Assembly (NCBI GenBank): GCA_963811165.1
Contig: CAWEQH010000004.1
Coordinates: 288,001 to 352,000, forward strand
Reading direction: 5' to 3'
From: an uncultured Nitrospiraceae bacterium
GTDB taxonomy: Bacteria; Nitrospirota; Thermodesulfovibrionia; Thermodesulfovibrionales; UBA6898
DNA: 64,000 nt
In this document: piece by piece, positions 7,650-19,438 of the stretch
How the letters are laid out: each line of letters starts with the position of its first letter
Numbering within the stretch: the stretch's first letter is position 1
Notes under the pieces: generated by a model
The model's database searches: none
Told to the model about the DNA's origin: nothing
Seen by the model: only the letters and a program-made list of their open reading frames with translations
Position numbers and translations under genes: made by a program

Positions 7650-10600
7650 TCAGTTGAATCCGTAGTCAACCAGCTTAAACCAGACGAGTCCATCGGTCGT
7701 CGGTATATATTCAAAATCGGTCCATAGGGATGCAGCGTCCCAAAGAAGAGAAGGGATATGCACTATAAAAGTGTCCCCATACGGCACAAGAGTTGCCGGA
7801 CTGCCGCAACTTCCCTGCGAAACTTCCGCAACGTCGATGACTGAAAATACAATATTGCTGGGATAACCCTGTCCGAGCTGCAGGTCAGCCTGATAGTATG
7901 CGCCGTTCATGAAGATGACAGGGACATGTAAGCTCAATGAAGTCGATAATGTAGCTGAACAGTTATTGCTGTAAATCACCGGCTCCGACTGGATAATAGA
8001 ACTATACGCTCCTGCGGTGACAAAGGTATTGTCGCCGTATGTTACCCCATTAAGGGAGTCTATGGTCCCTGAATTCCTTAACATCCAGTCGACTCCAATG
8101 GGTGAGGTCAGTAGTGTGCCTCCGCTGCCCACAGCCACAAAGGTGTTGTTGCCGAAGGTCACCCCCTTCAACCAGGCGGCTGTCCCTGAATCAGAAAATG
8201 CCCAGCTAACTCCGTCGGACGAGATGAGAATTGTGCCGCCCATTCCAACGGCAACAAAGGCGTTGTCGCCATAAGTTACTCCCGAAAGCGAGGCAAGAGT
8301 TACCGAAGATCTCGCTGTCCAACTCACTCCGTCAAGTGAGGAAAGGATCGTTCCGCCATATCCGACGGCGACAAAGGTATTCTCCCCATACGCCACACTC
8401 GTAAGAAAGAACTTAATGCCTAAATTCGTCGAAGTCCAGTTTACCCCATCATATGAGGTGAGGATGGTTTCACCGCTCCCCACCGCAACAAAAACAGTGC
8501 CACCATAGGTCACTCCGTAGAGGGAACTGGCACCGCCCGGGTTTCCTGTGACCCAGTTAGCTCCCCCATCGGTTGAAGTAACCACTGTGCCATTGCCGCC
8601 GACAGCTACGAAGATGTTGTCATGGCAGGTTACCGCGAAAAGCGACTCCGGGGTCCCTGAATTTCCTGAAACCCAGCTTGCGCCTCCGTCTTGCGAGGTA
8701 AGGAGTGTCCCGTTGTTTCCCACAGCCACAAACCTGCTATTGCAGTAAGTTACCCCGTTGAGGGCATTAGACCCTCCAGGGCTTACTGCCGGCCAGTTCA
8801 TCCCGTCCGTAGAAGTAAGGACAGTACCGTCGCTCCCGACAGCGGCAAAGGTATTGCTGCCGTATGCTATTCCGTAAAATGACTCGGAACCTCCCGAGCT
8901 CCTTGACGTCCAGGTCACACCGTCCGGCGAACTGACAATACTCCCGTTATATCCCACGGCAACAAAGATATTATTGTTATATGCAATTGCCTCAAGAATA
9001 TCACTCGTCGGTGAAGTCGCCGACGTCCAGCTTATCCCGTCCGGTGAGCTGACAATCGTTCCGTTATATCCCACAGCAACAAAGGTATTGTTGCCATAAG
9101 TAACCCCATTGAGCTTCTGCGAAGTCCCTGAAGCTCCCGACGCCCAATTCACACCGTCTGGTGAGGTGAGGACCGTCCCATTATATCCTACAGCGACAAA
9201 GGTATTGTTGCTGTAGGACACCCCATACAGAGGATTAGGATTTCCCGAGTCTCTAGATGCCCAGTTCGCTCCGTCCGGTGACGTGAGAATAGTCCCATTG
9301 CTCCCCACCGCAACAAAGACCGCATTGCCGTATGCTGCGCCATAGAGAGATGATGGAGTACCCGAGTTCACCGAAGTCCAATTCACCCCATCATGGGAGA
9401 AAAGGACGGTCCCATTATCGCCTACAGCGACCAACGTATTGTTGCCATGGGTTACGCCCCACAGCGGCATTCCCTGCGCCGGGCTTGCTGACGTCCAGTT
9501 GACCCCGTCAGGAGAAGTGAGGATTGTCCCATAATCACCGACTGCGACGAAGGAATTATTGTAATAGGTAATACTATAAATAGGATTCAGGGTACCAGAA
9601 ATCCTTGCCGACCATGTAATTCCCTCAGGTGAGGTGAGAATCGTTCTGCCGCCTCCCACAGCGACAAAGGTATTCATGGCGTAGGTTGCCCCATACAGGA
9701 TGTTAGCCGTTCCTGAAGCCGATGATGTCCACGTAATTCCGTCATTAGAGAGTAAAATGGTTCCCCCGCTCCCCACAATTACAAAGGCGTTATTTCCAAA
9801 GGTCACCCCGTTCAGAATATTTTTTGTCCCTGATGTCCTGGGAGTCCAGTTCACTCCGTCGGCAGAAGTAATGACTGTTCCGTTATATCCGGTTGCAACA
9901 AAGATATTATTGGCATAGGTAACGCCATACAGGGGATAAGGGGTTGCCGAAGCAGCAGGAGTCCAATTTACTCCATCGGACGAAGTGACCACCGTCCCGT
10001 AATCTCCTACGGCGACAAAAGTGTTGTTCCCGAAAGTTATCGCATTAAGATAGGCCGCGGACATCGACGTCCAGTTTACTCCGTCAGGCGACGTGACAAC
10101 CGTTCCGCCGCCGCCTACGGCCACAAAGGTGTTATTGCCATAGCTTATCCCGTAAAGATAATCACCAGTGCCAGATGTCCTTTGTGTCCAGTTGACTCCA
10201 TCAGCCGAGGTGAGAATCGTCCCGCCACTACCTACAGCTACGAACATACCATTGCCGTAAGTTACCCCGTAGAGGGCGTCATTAGTGCCCGAAATCCTTT
10301 GCGTCCAGTTAGCTCCATCGGTCGAGGTAAGAATCGTCCTGTTATTACCTACCGCTACAAATACGTTATTGGCGTAAGTTACCCCGTAGAAAAGAATCCC
10401 CTTCGATATCGGATTTTGCCAGTGCCAGTGGTTAAGGGGATTAGGACTTCCCGCATTCGGGAGTGTAAAGTTAGCTATTACCGTACAATCCCCCGTTATA
10501 GGTCCAGTTGTATAGGTATTCCCGTTCAATATTCCTCCGCAACCGGTCACCGAGATTATATTGTAGCCGGCATTCGGAGTCACGACAAATGACGTGGTCT

Positions 10601-13600
10601 GATTGTAGTTTACTCTTTGTGATGTTAATGGGCTGATACTGCCATTTCCCACTACCCACGGAGTGACTGTATAGGTGTTTATTTCAAAGGTCGCGATAAC
10701 GTTACAATCTCCGATAATCGGAGCTGTTTTGTAAATAGCCCCTGTCAGGGTTCCACCGCAGGTACCGCTCATCACAGCGTGATATCCGATACCCGGTAAT
10801 ACCGTAAACTGGGTCGTGCCTCCGTAAACAACCAGCTGCGGCGTTAATGGACTGATACTTCCGTTGGCTCCGGCTGTCGGTGTAACCGTATATGTATCAA
10901 TCGCAAACGCAGCCGTTACCGAGCAGTCAGCCGTTATCGGAGCAGTCGTGTAAATGCCGCCCACTAAAGTCCCGCCACAGCCCGTAACCGTGTCTATGCG
11001 GTAGCCTATATTAGGCGTTACCGTAAACTGCGTCGTGCCTCCGTAAGTGACTGTCTGTGCAGTAGACGGGCTGATGCTTCCGTTGGCCCCGCCGTCGGAG
11101 TGACTGTGTAGGCGTTGATTGCAAACGCAGCCGTTACCGTGCAATCAGCCGTTATCGCACCGGTAGTGTAAGTATTACCAGTAAGTGTCCCCCCGCATCC
11201 ACTGACCGTGTCTATGTGATAGCCTATATCAGGGGTCACCGTAAAGGTCGTGGTGGCATTGTAGTTGACCGTCTGGGGAATGTTTGGTGCTATAGTCCCG
11301 TTGGCCCCTGCCGTCGGAGTGACTGTGTAGGTGTTGATCGCAAACGTAGCCGTTACCGTGCAATCAGCCGTTATCGCACCGGTCGTGTAAGTATTACCAG
11401 CAAGTGTCCCCCCGCATCCACTGACCGTGTCTATGTGATAGCCCATATCAGGGGTCACCGTAAAGGTCGTATCTTTGCCGTGATAGACTGATTGCGCTGT
11501 GCCAGGCGCGATGCTGCCGTTTGGACCCGCCGTTGGGGTTACTGTATACGATACAAGCGCATAAGGAGGAAACGTGATATTGTCCAGCCAACCAGTATCG
11601 CTCCCTCCAGCTCCCGTTGCGTCCTTCGTGTATTCCCACCTGAAGGTGTGAAGGCCAACAGTCACAGGGAAGCTTGCATAGGCCCAGTCTACCTCGCCCG
11701 ATACACGCCCCTGCTCAACCGCGTCTATTGTAAAGGTCAGATAGTCTCCGGCATCGGAAGAGACCTTGTACCAGAAATAGATATTGTCTCCCGTTGTCAC
11801 GTTCACTGTGACCTCAAGGAAGCTTGTCTGATTGTCTAACAGCAGCGGCGATGCCGCCGCATATGTGCCGTCATGCTTTACCACGTTCTGCACACCCCAG
11901 AGACCATCGCCACCCGTTATCCACGGCAGCTTGCTCAAATCCCCGGTCTCAAAGTCTTCATCCGCAGGCCTTACCGCATACGTCACGGCGATCGTGTGGT
12001 CAGCGGTCACGTTGTCAAAAGTGTAGCTGCCATTGGTGAGCGCCGCAGGTGAGCCGTCTACCGTCACCGTATCCACCACATACCCGGCCGCTGGTATCGC
12101 CGTACAGGTCGAACTCCCTCCGTAATCTACAGGGTCCGGTATGCACGAGAGGCTGCCGTTAGCTCCTGCTGTGGCCGTGATCGTAAACGTATCAATCGCA
12201 AACGCAGCCGTTACTGAGCAGTCAGCCGTTATCGGAGCAGTCGTGTAAATGCCTCCCACTAAAGTCCCGCCACAGCCCGTAACCGTGGCATGATAGCCGA
12301 TGCCCGGCGTTACCGTAAACTGCGTCGTGCCTCCGTAAGTGACTGTCTGTGCAGTAGACGGGCTGATGCTTCCGTTGGCATCCGCCGTCGGAGTGACTGT
12401 GTAGGCGTTGATTGCAAACGCAGCCGTTACCGTGCAATCAGCCGTTATCGCACCGGTAGTGTAAGTATTATCAGTAAGTGTCCCCCCGCATCCACTGACC
12501 GTGTCTATGTGATAGCCTATATCAGGGGTCACCGTAAAGGTCGTGGTGGCATTGTAGTTGACCGTCTGGGGAATGTTTGGTGTTATGGTCCCGTTGGCCC
12601 CTGCCGTCGGAGTGACTGTGTAGGCGTTGATTGCAAACGTAGCCGTTACGGTGCAATCAGCCGTTATCGCACCGGTCGTGTAAGTATTACCAGTAAGTGT
12701 CCCCCCGCATCCACTGACCGTGTCTATGTGATAGCCCATATCAGGGGTCACCGTAAAGGTCGTATCTTTGCCGTGATAGACTGATTGCGCTGTGCCAGGC
12801 GCGATGCTGCCGTTTGGACCCGCCGTTGGGGTTACTGTATACGATACAAGCGCATAAGGAGGAAACGTGATATTGTCCAGCCAACCAGTATCGCTCCCTC
12901 CAGCTCCCGCTGCGTCCTTCGTGTATTCCCACCTGAAGGTGTGAAGGCCAACAGTCACAGGGAAGCTTGCATAGGCCCAGTCTACCTCGCCCGATACACG
13001 CCCCTGCTCAACCGCGTCTATTGTAAAGGTCAGATAGTCTCCGGCATCGGAAGAGACCTTGTACCAGAAATAGATATTGTCTCCCGTTGTCACGTTCACT
13101 GTGACCTCGATGAAGCTTGTCTGATTGTCTAACAGCAGGGGCGATGCCGCCGCATATGTGCCGTCATGCTTTACCACGTTCTGCACACCCCAGAGACCAT
13201 CGCCACCCGTTATCCACGGCAGCTTGCTCAAATCCCCGGTCTCAAAGTCTTCATCCGCAGGCCTTACCGCATACGTCACGGCGATCGTGTGGTCAGCGGT
13301 CACGTTGTCAAAAGTGTAGCTGCCATTGGTGAGCGCCGCAGGTGAGCCGTCTACCGTCACCGTATCCACCACATACCCGGCCGCTGGTATCGCCGTACAG
13401 GTCGAACTCCCTCCGTAATCTACAGGGTCCGGTATGCACGAGAGGCTGCCGTTAGCTCCTGCTGTGGCCGTGATCGTAAACGTATCAATCGCAAACGCAG
13501 CCGTTACCGAGCAGTCAGCCGTTATCGGAGCAGTCGTGTAAATGCCGCCCACTAAAGTCCCGCCACAGCCCGTAACCGTGGCATGATAGCCGATGCCCGG

Positions 13601-15562
13601 CGTTACCGTAAACTGCGTCGTGCCTCCGTAAGTGACTGTCTGTGCAGTAGACGGGCTGATGCTTCCGTTGGCATCCGCCGTCGGAGTGACTGTGTAGGCG
13701 TTGATTGCAAACGCAGCCGTTACCGTGCAATCAGCCGTTATCGCACCGGTAGTGTAAGTATTATCAGTAAGTGTCCCCCCGCATCCACTGACCGTGTCTA
13801 TGTGATAGCCTATATCAGGGGTCACCGTAAAGGTCGTGGTGGCATTGTAGTTGACCGTCTGGGGAATGTTTGGTGCTATAGTCCCGTTGGCCCCTGCCGT
13901 CGGAGTGACTGTGTAGGCGTTGATTGCAAACGTAGCCGTTACCGTGCAATCAGCCGTTATCGCACCGGTCGTGTAAGTATTACCAGTAAGTGTCCCCCCG
14001 CATCCACTGACCGTGTCTATGTGATAGCCCATATCAGGGGTCACCGTAAAGGTCGTATCTTTGCCGTGATAGACTGATTGCGCTGTGCCAGGCGCGATGC
14101 TGCCGTTTGGACCCGCCGTTGGGGTTACTGTATACGATACAAGCGCATAAGGAGGAAACGTGATATTGTCCAGCCAGCCAGTATCGCTCCCTCCAGCTCC
14201 CGCTGCGTCCTTCGTGTATTCCCACCTGAAGGTGTGAAGGCCAACAGTCACAGGGAAGCTTGCATAGGCCCAGTCTACCTCGCCCGATACACGCCCCTGC
14301 TCAACCGCGTCTATTGTAAAGGTCAGATAGTCTCCGGCATCGGAAGAGACCTTGTACCAGAAATAGATATTGTCTCCCGTTGTCACGTTCACTGTGACCT
14401 CAAGGAAGCTTGTCTGATTGTCTAACAGCAGCGGCGATGCCGCCGCATATGTGCCGTCATGCTTTACCACGTTCTGCACACCCCAGAGACCATCGCCACC
14501 CGTTATCCACGGCAGCTTGCTCAAATCCCCGGTCTCAAAGTCTTCATCCGCAGGCCTTACCGCATACGTCACGGCGATCGTGTGGTCAGCGGTCACGTTG
14601 TCAAAAGTGTAGCTGCCATTGGTGAGCGCCGCAGGTGAGCCGTCTACCGTCACCGTATCCACCACATACCCGGCCGCTGGTATCGCCGTACAGGTCGAAC
14701 TCCCTCCGTAATCTACAGGGTCCGGTATGCACGAGAGGCTGCCGTTAGCTCCTGCTGTGGCCGTGATCGTAAACGTATCAATCGCAAACGCAGCCGTTAC
14801 CGAGCAGTCAGCCGTTATCGGAGCAGTCGTGTAAATGCCTCCCACTAAAGTCCCGCCACAGCCCGTAACCGTGGCATGATAGCCGATGCCCGGCGTTACC
14901 GTAAACTGCGTCGTGCCTCCGTAAGTGACTGTCTGTGCAGTAGACGGGCTGATGCTTCCGTTGGCATCCGCCGTCGGAGTGACTGTGTAGGCGTTGATTG
15001 CAAAGATGACTGATACGATACAATCGGTAGTTATCGCATCTGTTGTAAATATGTCACCCGCTAAACTGCCCCCGCATGTGCTCGTTGTTGAGGCTATATG
15101 ATAACCGATATCCGGCGTTACCGTAAGCGATGCAGTCCCGCTATAATTGACCACCTGAGTAGAAGGCGAGACAGTCCCGCCCGCCCCGTTTATCGCAGTG
15201 ACTGCGTACGTGTTGATCGCAAACGTAGCCGTTACGTCAAATACTGTATTGCTACCCGATAAGATGCAATTACCTGTTCCCGTACAAGCTCCCGACCATC
15301 CGACAAAGCTTGATGACACGTCAGGCGTGGCTGTGAGAGTTATATCGGTGAGATCAGGGAAAGATGGGGAGGAGCACGTATTTCCACAATCGATACCTGC
15401 CGGTGAACTCGTCACTGCTCCAGTCCCGGAACCCGTTTTAACGACATTTATTGTATTAGCTGATTCAGCAATTGAGGGAAGAGTCCCAAAAATGATGGCA
15501 AGGCAGAAAAGAAGTAATGCGATTGTTCCTGTGTTAAGAGTCCTAAGGGATTTCACATACAT
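7650..15562 (-). CDS. Giant secreted adhesin/surface protein, frameshifted at ~11090: InlB-B-repeat-like domains, 3 jelly-roll modules, 21 Asp-box-like propeller blades, C-terminal duplicated motif
   Basis: ORFs 11018-15562 and 7650-11144 join if one base is added in GTTGGCCCCGCCGT (11082-11095); repeat phase shifts from 1293 to 1292 at this site; N-terminal signal peptide. Confidence 0.85.
11126..15004. repeat. Three near-identical 1293-bp tandem repeats plus a partial fourth copy to ~10900; nested 219-bp sub-duplication in each unit
   Basis: Shadow ORFs recur at 11492/12785/14078; only scattered SNPs between copies. Confidence 0.95.
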
Positions 15563-15682
15563 ACTCCGGGGAAATTTTGGTTGATTGCGCGGTTTGCAAA
15601 TGTCACAGCTACCTCGATATATATAACATTCTTTAAAAAAGGATCACAGCGTATTAGTATATTATAATGTCTCCATAATAAA

Positions 15683-15698
15683 AGCAAATTATGCGCCT
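15683..15698 (-). promoter_or_regulatory. Candidate sigma54 -24/-12 promoter for the giant surface protein
   Basis: AGGCGCATAATTTGCT, GG-N10-GC spacing, ~120 bp upstream of the start. Confidence 0.55.
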
Positions 15699-16088
15699 AC
15701 CTGGGCATGTATTTCACCATTACTAAAGTAAACCATATGTAATTAGCACCAAGAAAGGATTTGCCAGGATAACGTAAAATATTTTTTGCAAAACCAGGGC
15801 GTGACTATCAACGAGATCCACAACGTCTACAAGCTGCCACCGCCGCTGGACCGTTAGCGAGATAGCGGATGCGTGAAGATCCGTTATGATACAGGGTAAA
15901 CTCCTCAGTTATTGCAGACACATCAAGAAGGATCTCTACAGGATTCTCCTGCACAACGAAAGACGTGTTCCACAGATAATAATTATCAAGTCCCCGCTGA
16001 GTCACCGGAAGATAGAAGCTATATGATCCATTAGGAACAGATAAGGCAGTGTCCGATATTACCCTCGGGTTCATAAAAATTCCGCTGT

Positions 16089-16130
16089 ATGATCTGTATC
16101 ATGGTAGGCCTAAAGCTATAACTTTATACT
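16089..16130 (+). promoter_or_regulatory. CRP/FNR-family box ATGAT-N4-ATCAT with -10 TATACT upstream of hcp
   Basis: Palindrome 16089-16102 is centred ~41.5 bp upstream of the start site predicted from the -10 at 16125-16130. Confidence 0.65.
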
Positions 16131-16190
16131 TAATCCAGGTCATGGATTGACTGAATCTTAAATATAAATATCACATTCAGGAGGTTACAA

Positions 16191-17858
16191 ATGTTTTGTT
16201 ATCAGTGTGAGCAGGCATCAAACGGTAAGGCGTGCACCAAGATCGGCGTATGCGGCAAGGACCCTGGGTTATCGGCGCTTCAGGACCTTTTAATCTATTC
16301 TCTCAAGGGGCTTTCACTACAGGCGGTTGAAGCAAGAAAGGCCGGTATCGTGGACCGGGACCTGAACATATTCACTGCCAAGGCGCTCTTTTCAACGCTT
16401 ACGAATGTGGATTTCGACCCAAAGCGGTTCGTAGCGCTCATCCAAAAGAGCACAGAGTTCCGTGACAGCCTAAAGGCAAAGGTCAAGGCGGCGGGAGGAA
16501 AAACAGACTTCGCTCACGGGAGTGCCTCTTTTAAGCCCGAGACCACTGTCGAAGGCCTTGCGAAACAGGGCAGGGAGGTTGTGGAGCGGGTATCTGGCGT
16601 CCTGATCGACCCCGACATACAGTCGCTCCAGGATATTCTCCTTTTCGGATTGAAGGGCGTTGCGGCTTATGCCGACCATGCCCAGATCCTCGGTAAAACA
16701 GACGACTCCGTATTTGCGTTTATGCACGAAGCGCTGGCGGCCACCACCAGAACAGACCTGGGGTTGAACGACTGGGTAGCTCTTGTGCTGAAATGCGGAG
16801 AGGTCAACCTTAAGACCATGGAGATCCTCGACGCCGGCAATACAGGCGCCTACGGACATCCCGTTCCGACGAAGGTTCCCCTTGGGGCAAAGGCGGGCAA
16901 GGCGATCCTCGTCTCCGGCCATGACCTCAAGGACCTTGAGACGATTCTGAAGCAGAGCGAGGGCAAGGGAATCAACGTCTATACCCATGGCGAGATGCTG
17001 CCGGCCCATGGATATCCCGGCCTGAAAAAATATCCGCACTTCTTCGGTCACTACGGCACGGCCTGGCAGAACCAGCACAAGGAGTTTGCGCATTTCCCCG
17101 GTGCCATCGTAATGACGACCAACTGCATCCAGAAGCCGCTGGCCTCTTACAAGGACAATCTCTTCACCTGCGGCCTGGTGGGCTGGCCGGACGTGGAGCA
17201 TATATCGTCCGGCGATTTTACGCCGGTCATCGAAAAAGCCCTGGCCCTGCCGGGATTCACCAAGGATGAGCCCGGCAAGGAAGTCATGGCGGGCTTCGCG
17301 CGAAATGCCGTGCTCGGCGTTGCAGACAAGGTGATCGCGGCAGTGAAGAACAAGCAGATCCGCCACTTTTTCCTTGTCGGCGGTTGCGACGGGGCAAAGA
17401 CGGGAAGAAACTACTACACAAAATTTGTTGAAATGGCCCCGAAGGACACGGTCATCCTCACTCTTGCCTGCGGAAAGTTCCGGTTCTTTGACAAGGAGCT
17501 GGGGGACATCGGGGGCATCCCGAGACTGCTCGACATCGGCCAGTGCAACGATGCATACTCGGCTGTCCAGATTGCGGTTGCCCTCTCGAAGGCCTTTAAT
17601 GTGGGGGTGAATGAACTGCCGCTTTCGCTGATTCTTTCGTGGTATGAGCAGAAGGCGGTAGCGATTCTCCTCTCTCTGCTTTATCTTGGCATAAAGGATA
17701 TTCGTCTCGGGCCGACGCTTCCGGCGTTCATCACGCCGAACGTGCTGGATGTGCTGGTAAAAAACTTCGATATCAAGCCAATTGCTGCCACGCCTGAAGA
17801 AGACCTCAGGACAATACTCGGCGAAGACTGCTGTCAGGATATTACGGCTGTTGCCTAG
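16191..17858 (+). CDS. hcp: Hybrid cluster protein (hydroxylamine/NO reductase)
   Basis: MFCYQCEQ...CT..GVCGK, SGHDL, YTHGEMLPAH, GGCDG, LACGK, GQCND, WYEQKA. Confidence 0.97.
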   Translation: MFCYQCEQASNGKACTKIGVCGKDPGLSALQDLLIYSLKGLSLQAVEARKAGIVDRDLNIFTAKALFSTLTNVDFDPKRFVALIQKSTEFRDSLKAKVKAAGGKTDFAHGSASFKPETTVEGLAKQGREVVERVSGVLIDPDIQSLQDILLFGLKGVAAYADHAQILGKTDDSVFAFMHEALAATTRTDLGLNDWVALVLKCGEVNLKTMEILDAGNTGAYGHPVPTKVPLGAKAGKAILVSGHDLKDLETILKQSEGKGINVYTHGEMLPAHGYPGLKKYPHFFGHYGTAWQNQHKEFAHFPGAIVMTTNCIQKPLASYKDNLFTCGLVGWPDVEHISSGDFTPVIEKALALPGFTKDEPGKEVMAGFARNAVLGVADKVIAAVKNKQIRHFFLVGGCDGAKTGRNYYTKFVEMAPKDTVILTLACGKFRFFDKELGDIGGIPRLLDIGQCNDAYSAVQIAVALSKAFNVGVNELPLSLILSWYEQKAVAILLSLLYLGIKDIRLGPTLPAFITPNVLDVLVKNFDIKPIAATPEEDLRTILGEDCCQDITAVA

Positions 17859-17884
17859 CTGTATAAAATAAACCATAAGTGAAC

Positions 17885-17920
17885 GAAAGAGGTCAGGGCT
17901 GCCTGACCTCTTTCATTTTT
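17885..17920 (+). terminator. Intrinsic terminator after hcp
   Basis: 13-bp stem GAAAGAGGTCAGG/CCTGACCTCTTTC, 4-nt loop, followed by ATTTTT. Confidence 0.85.
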
Positions 17921-18147
17921 AAGCGGCAATATATTGCACGCTTCCCCTGGGACAAACGGGCGGGCTATGCCGGAGATCGTGAGTTTCGGTCTATCCGTAC
18001 TAAGCTTGCGACAGTTGAAACCTTTACGGTAATTATCAATCCATACGAACTTCCCGAATTCTCTGCGGAGGACCATATGCCTCTGAGGTCTATTTTTGGC
18101 TCGGACAGGGACTTGAGCTTAGCAAGCTGCCCTGCTACACTTATATT

Positions 18148-19308
18148 GTGAAATATAAGGCGCTTATTGCCCCGCACCAAAGTCTGCAGCTCTTAACGGA
18201 TAATTTGAAGCTTACAGAGAATGATCTCCGTGTTCTGCGGAGTCATCGGGATTTCTTTATAGGTAAGAAGGGCGAATTTGCCGAGTTCTTCTATGAATTC
18301 TTCTACGAGATGCCGGAGACCCGCATAATACTCGAACGTTTCGGAAAGCCCGATGTAATGAAGCTCACCTGGGCTGGGTGGTTCGAAAGGCTTTTCCGGG
18401 AAAACCTGGACGTAAACTTTACGAACTATCTTTGGCGCATAGGATTAAGGCATGTAGAGATAAACCTCGATCAGCGGTTCACGAGCCTGGGCTTTTCCCT
18501 TGTGAGGAGATTTTGTCATGACATAGCAGTCGAGGCATTCACTCCTCAGGCGGCCGTCGAAATTTTACCCGTAGTGAACAAGCTTGTGGATTCCTGCATT
18601 CTTGTGGAAACCAGTGCTTACATCGATGCCACAGTTCGCTGCGATGTGGAAATCCTCAAGGGGATAGCCGATAAGATCCGAAATCCTGTGACCATAATAG
18701 GGGGCAACCTCAGAAGGCTTCAACGACATACGGACCCGAAAGATACCCTGTATCATGACTACGAATTTCTCATATCCTCCGCCGGCCGCTGCGAAGACAT
18801 GATAGAAGACATAAACACGTATGTGGAGATGTTTCAGCGGGAGGCAACCATGGAGCAATGCTTGCTCGAAACGGTCATAGAAAATATGCTCGAAAAACTC
18901 TCTGTGCGGAAGAAACTGGAAGGGGTAAAAGTAGAAGTTCTTTTGAGCCCCGATGCCCGCTTCGTCTGGGGTGACCCGGTGGATCTTCGCCATCTCTTCT
19001 ACCACATAATTGAAAACAGCGCAGAGGCAGCCCATGCTGCAAATAATCCTTATGTGCGAATAAGCTCTTTCTTGCAAAAAATGCCCAGACACACCGTACG
19101 GGTTGAGGTGTTCAATAATGGCGAGGCCATAAATCTGACAAATATTTCAGACATTTTCTCGCCTTTTTATTCCACAAAACCCAAGGGCTCGGGACTGGGG
19201 CTTTCGATAGCAAGACTTGCCCTGCGCAAGAACTTCGGCGAGATAGATTTCGAGCCTATCCCTCAGGAAGGGACAAAGGTTTTCCTGACGCTTGAAAAGG
19301 CAGAGTAA
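18148..19308 (+). CDS. Protoglobin/globin-coupled histidine-kinase-like protein, degenerate H-box
   Basis: Globin with IGLRH proximal His; ADKIRNP in place of AHEIRNP; PFYSTK and GSGLGL boxes. Confidence 0.85.
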   Translation: MKYKALIAPHQSLQLLTDNLKLTENDLRVLRSHRDFFIGKKGEFAEFFYEFFYEMPETRIILERFGKPDVMKLTWAGWFERLFRENLDVNFTNYLWRIGLRHVEINLDQRFTSLGFSLVRRFCHDIAVEAFTPQAAVEILPVVNKLVDSCILVETSAYIDATVRCDVEILKGIADKIRNPVTIIGGNLRRLQRHTDPKDTLYHDYEFLISSAGRCEDMIEDINTYVEMFQREATMEQCLLETVIENMLEKLSVRKKLEGVKVEVLLSPDARFVWGDPVDLRHLFYHIIENSAEAAHAANNPYVRISSFLQKMPRHTVRVEVFNNGEAINLTNISDIFSPFYSTKPKGSGLGLSIARLALRKNFGEIDFEPIPQEGTKVFLTLEKAE

Positions 19309-19438
19309 CTTCCATGGGCATTTGCGTTGTGGTGCCGTCATTGCTTCCTCTTCTAAGTCCCTGCAATGATGAATGGATAAAGAATCCGCCGTATAGGGTA
19401 AAGAGAGAAAGTTTTCCGGTTGAAAGGAGGCATGACGG

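Noticed and set aside
11126..15004. Repeat array as CRISPR or mobile element
   Set aside because: In-frame coding repeats without spacers, cas genes, terminal repeats or transposase
15808..16074. 88-aa ORF upstream of the adhesin
   Set aside because: No RBS or recognisable motif; may be a gene fragment but cannot be supported
16470..17876. 468-aa antisense ORF
   Set aside because: Shadow of hcp; the same applies to other long antisense ORFs over GC-rich genes
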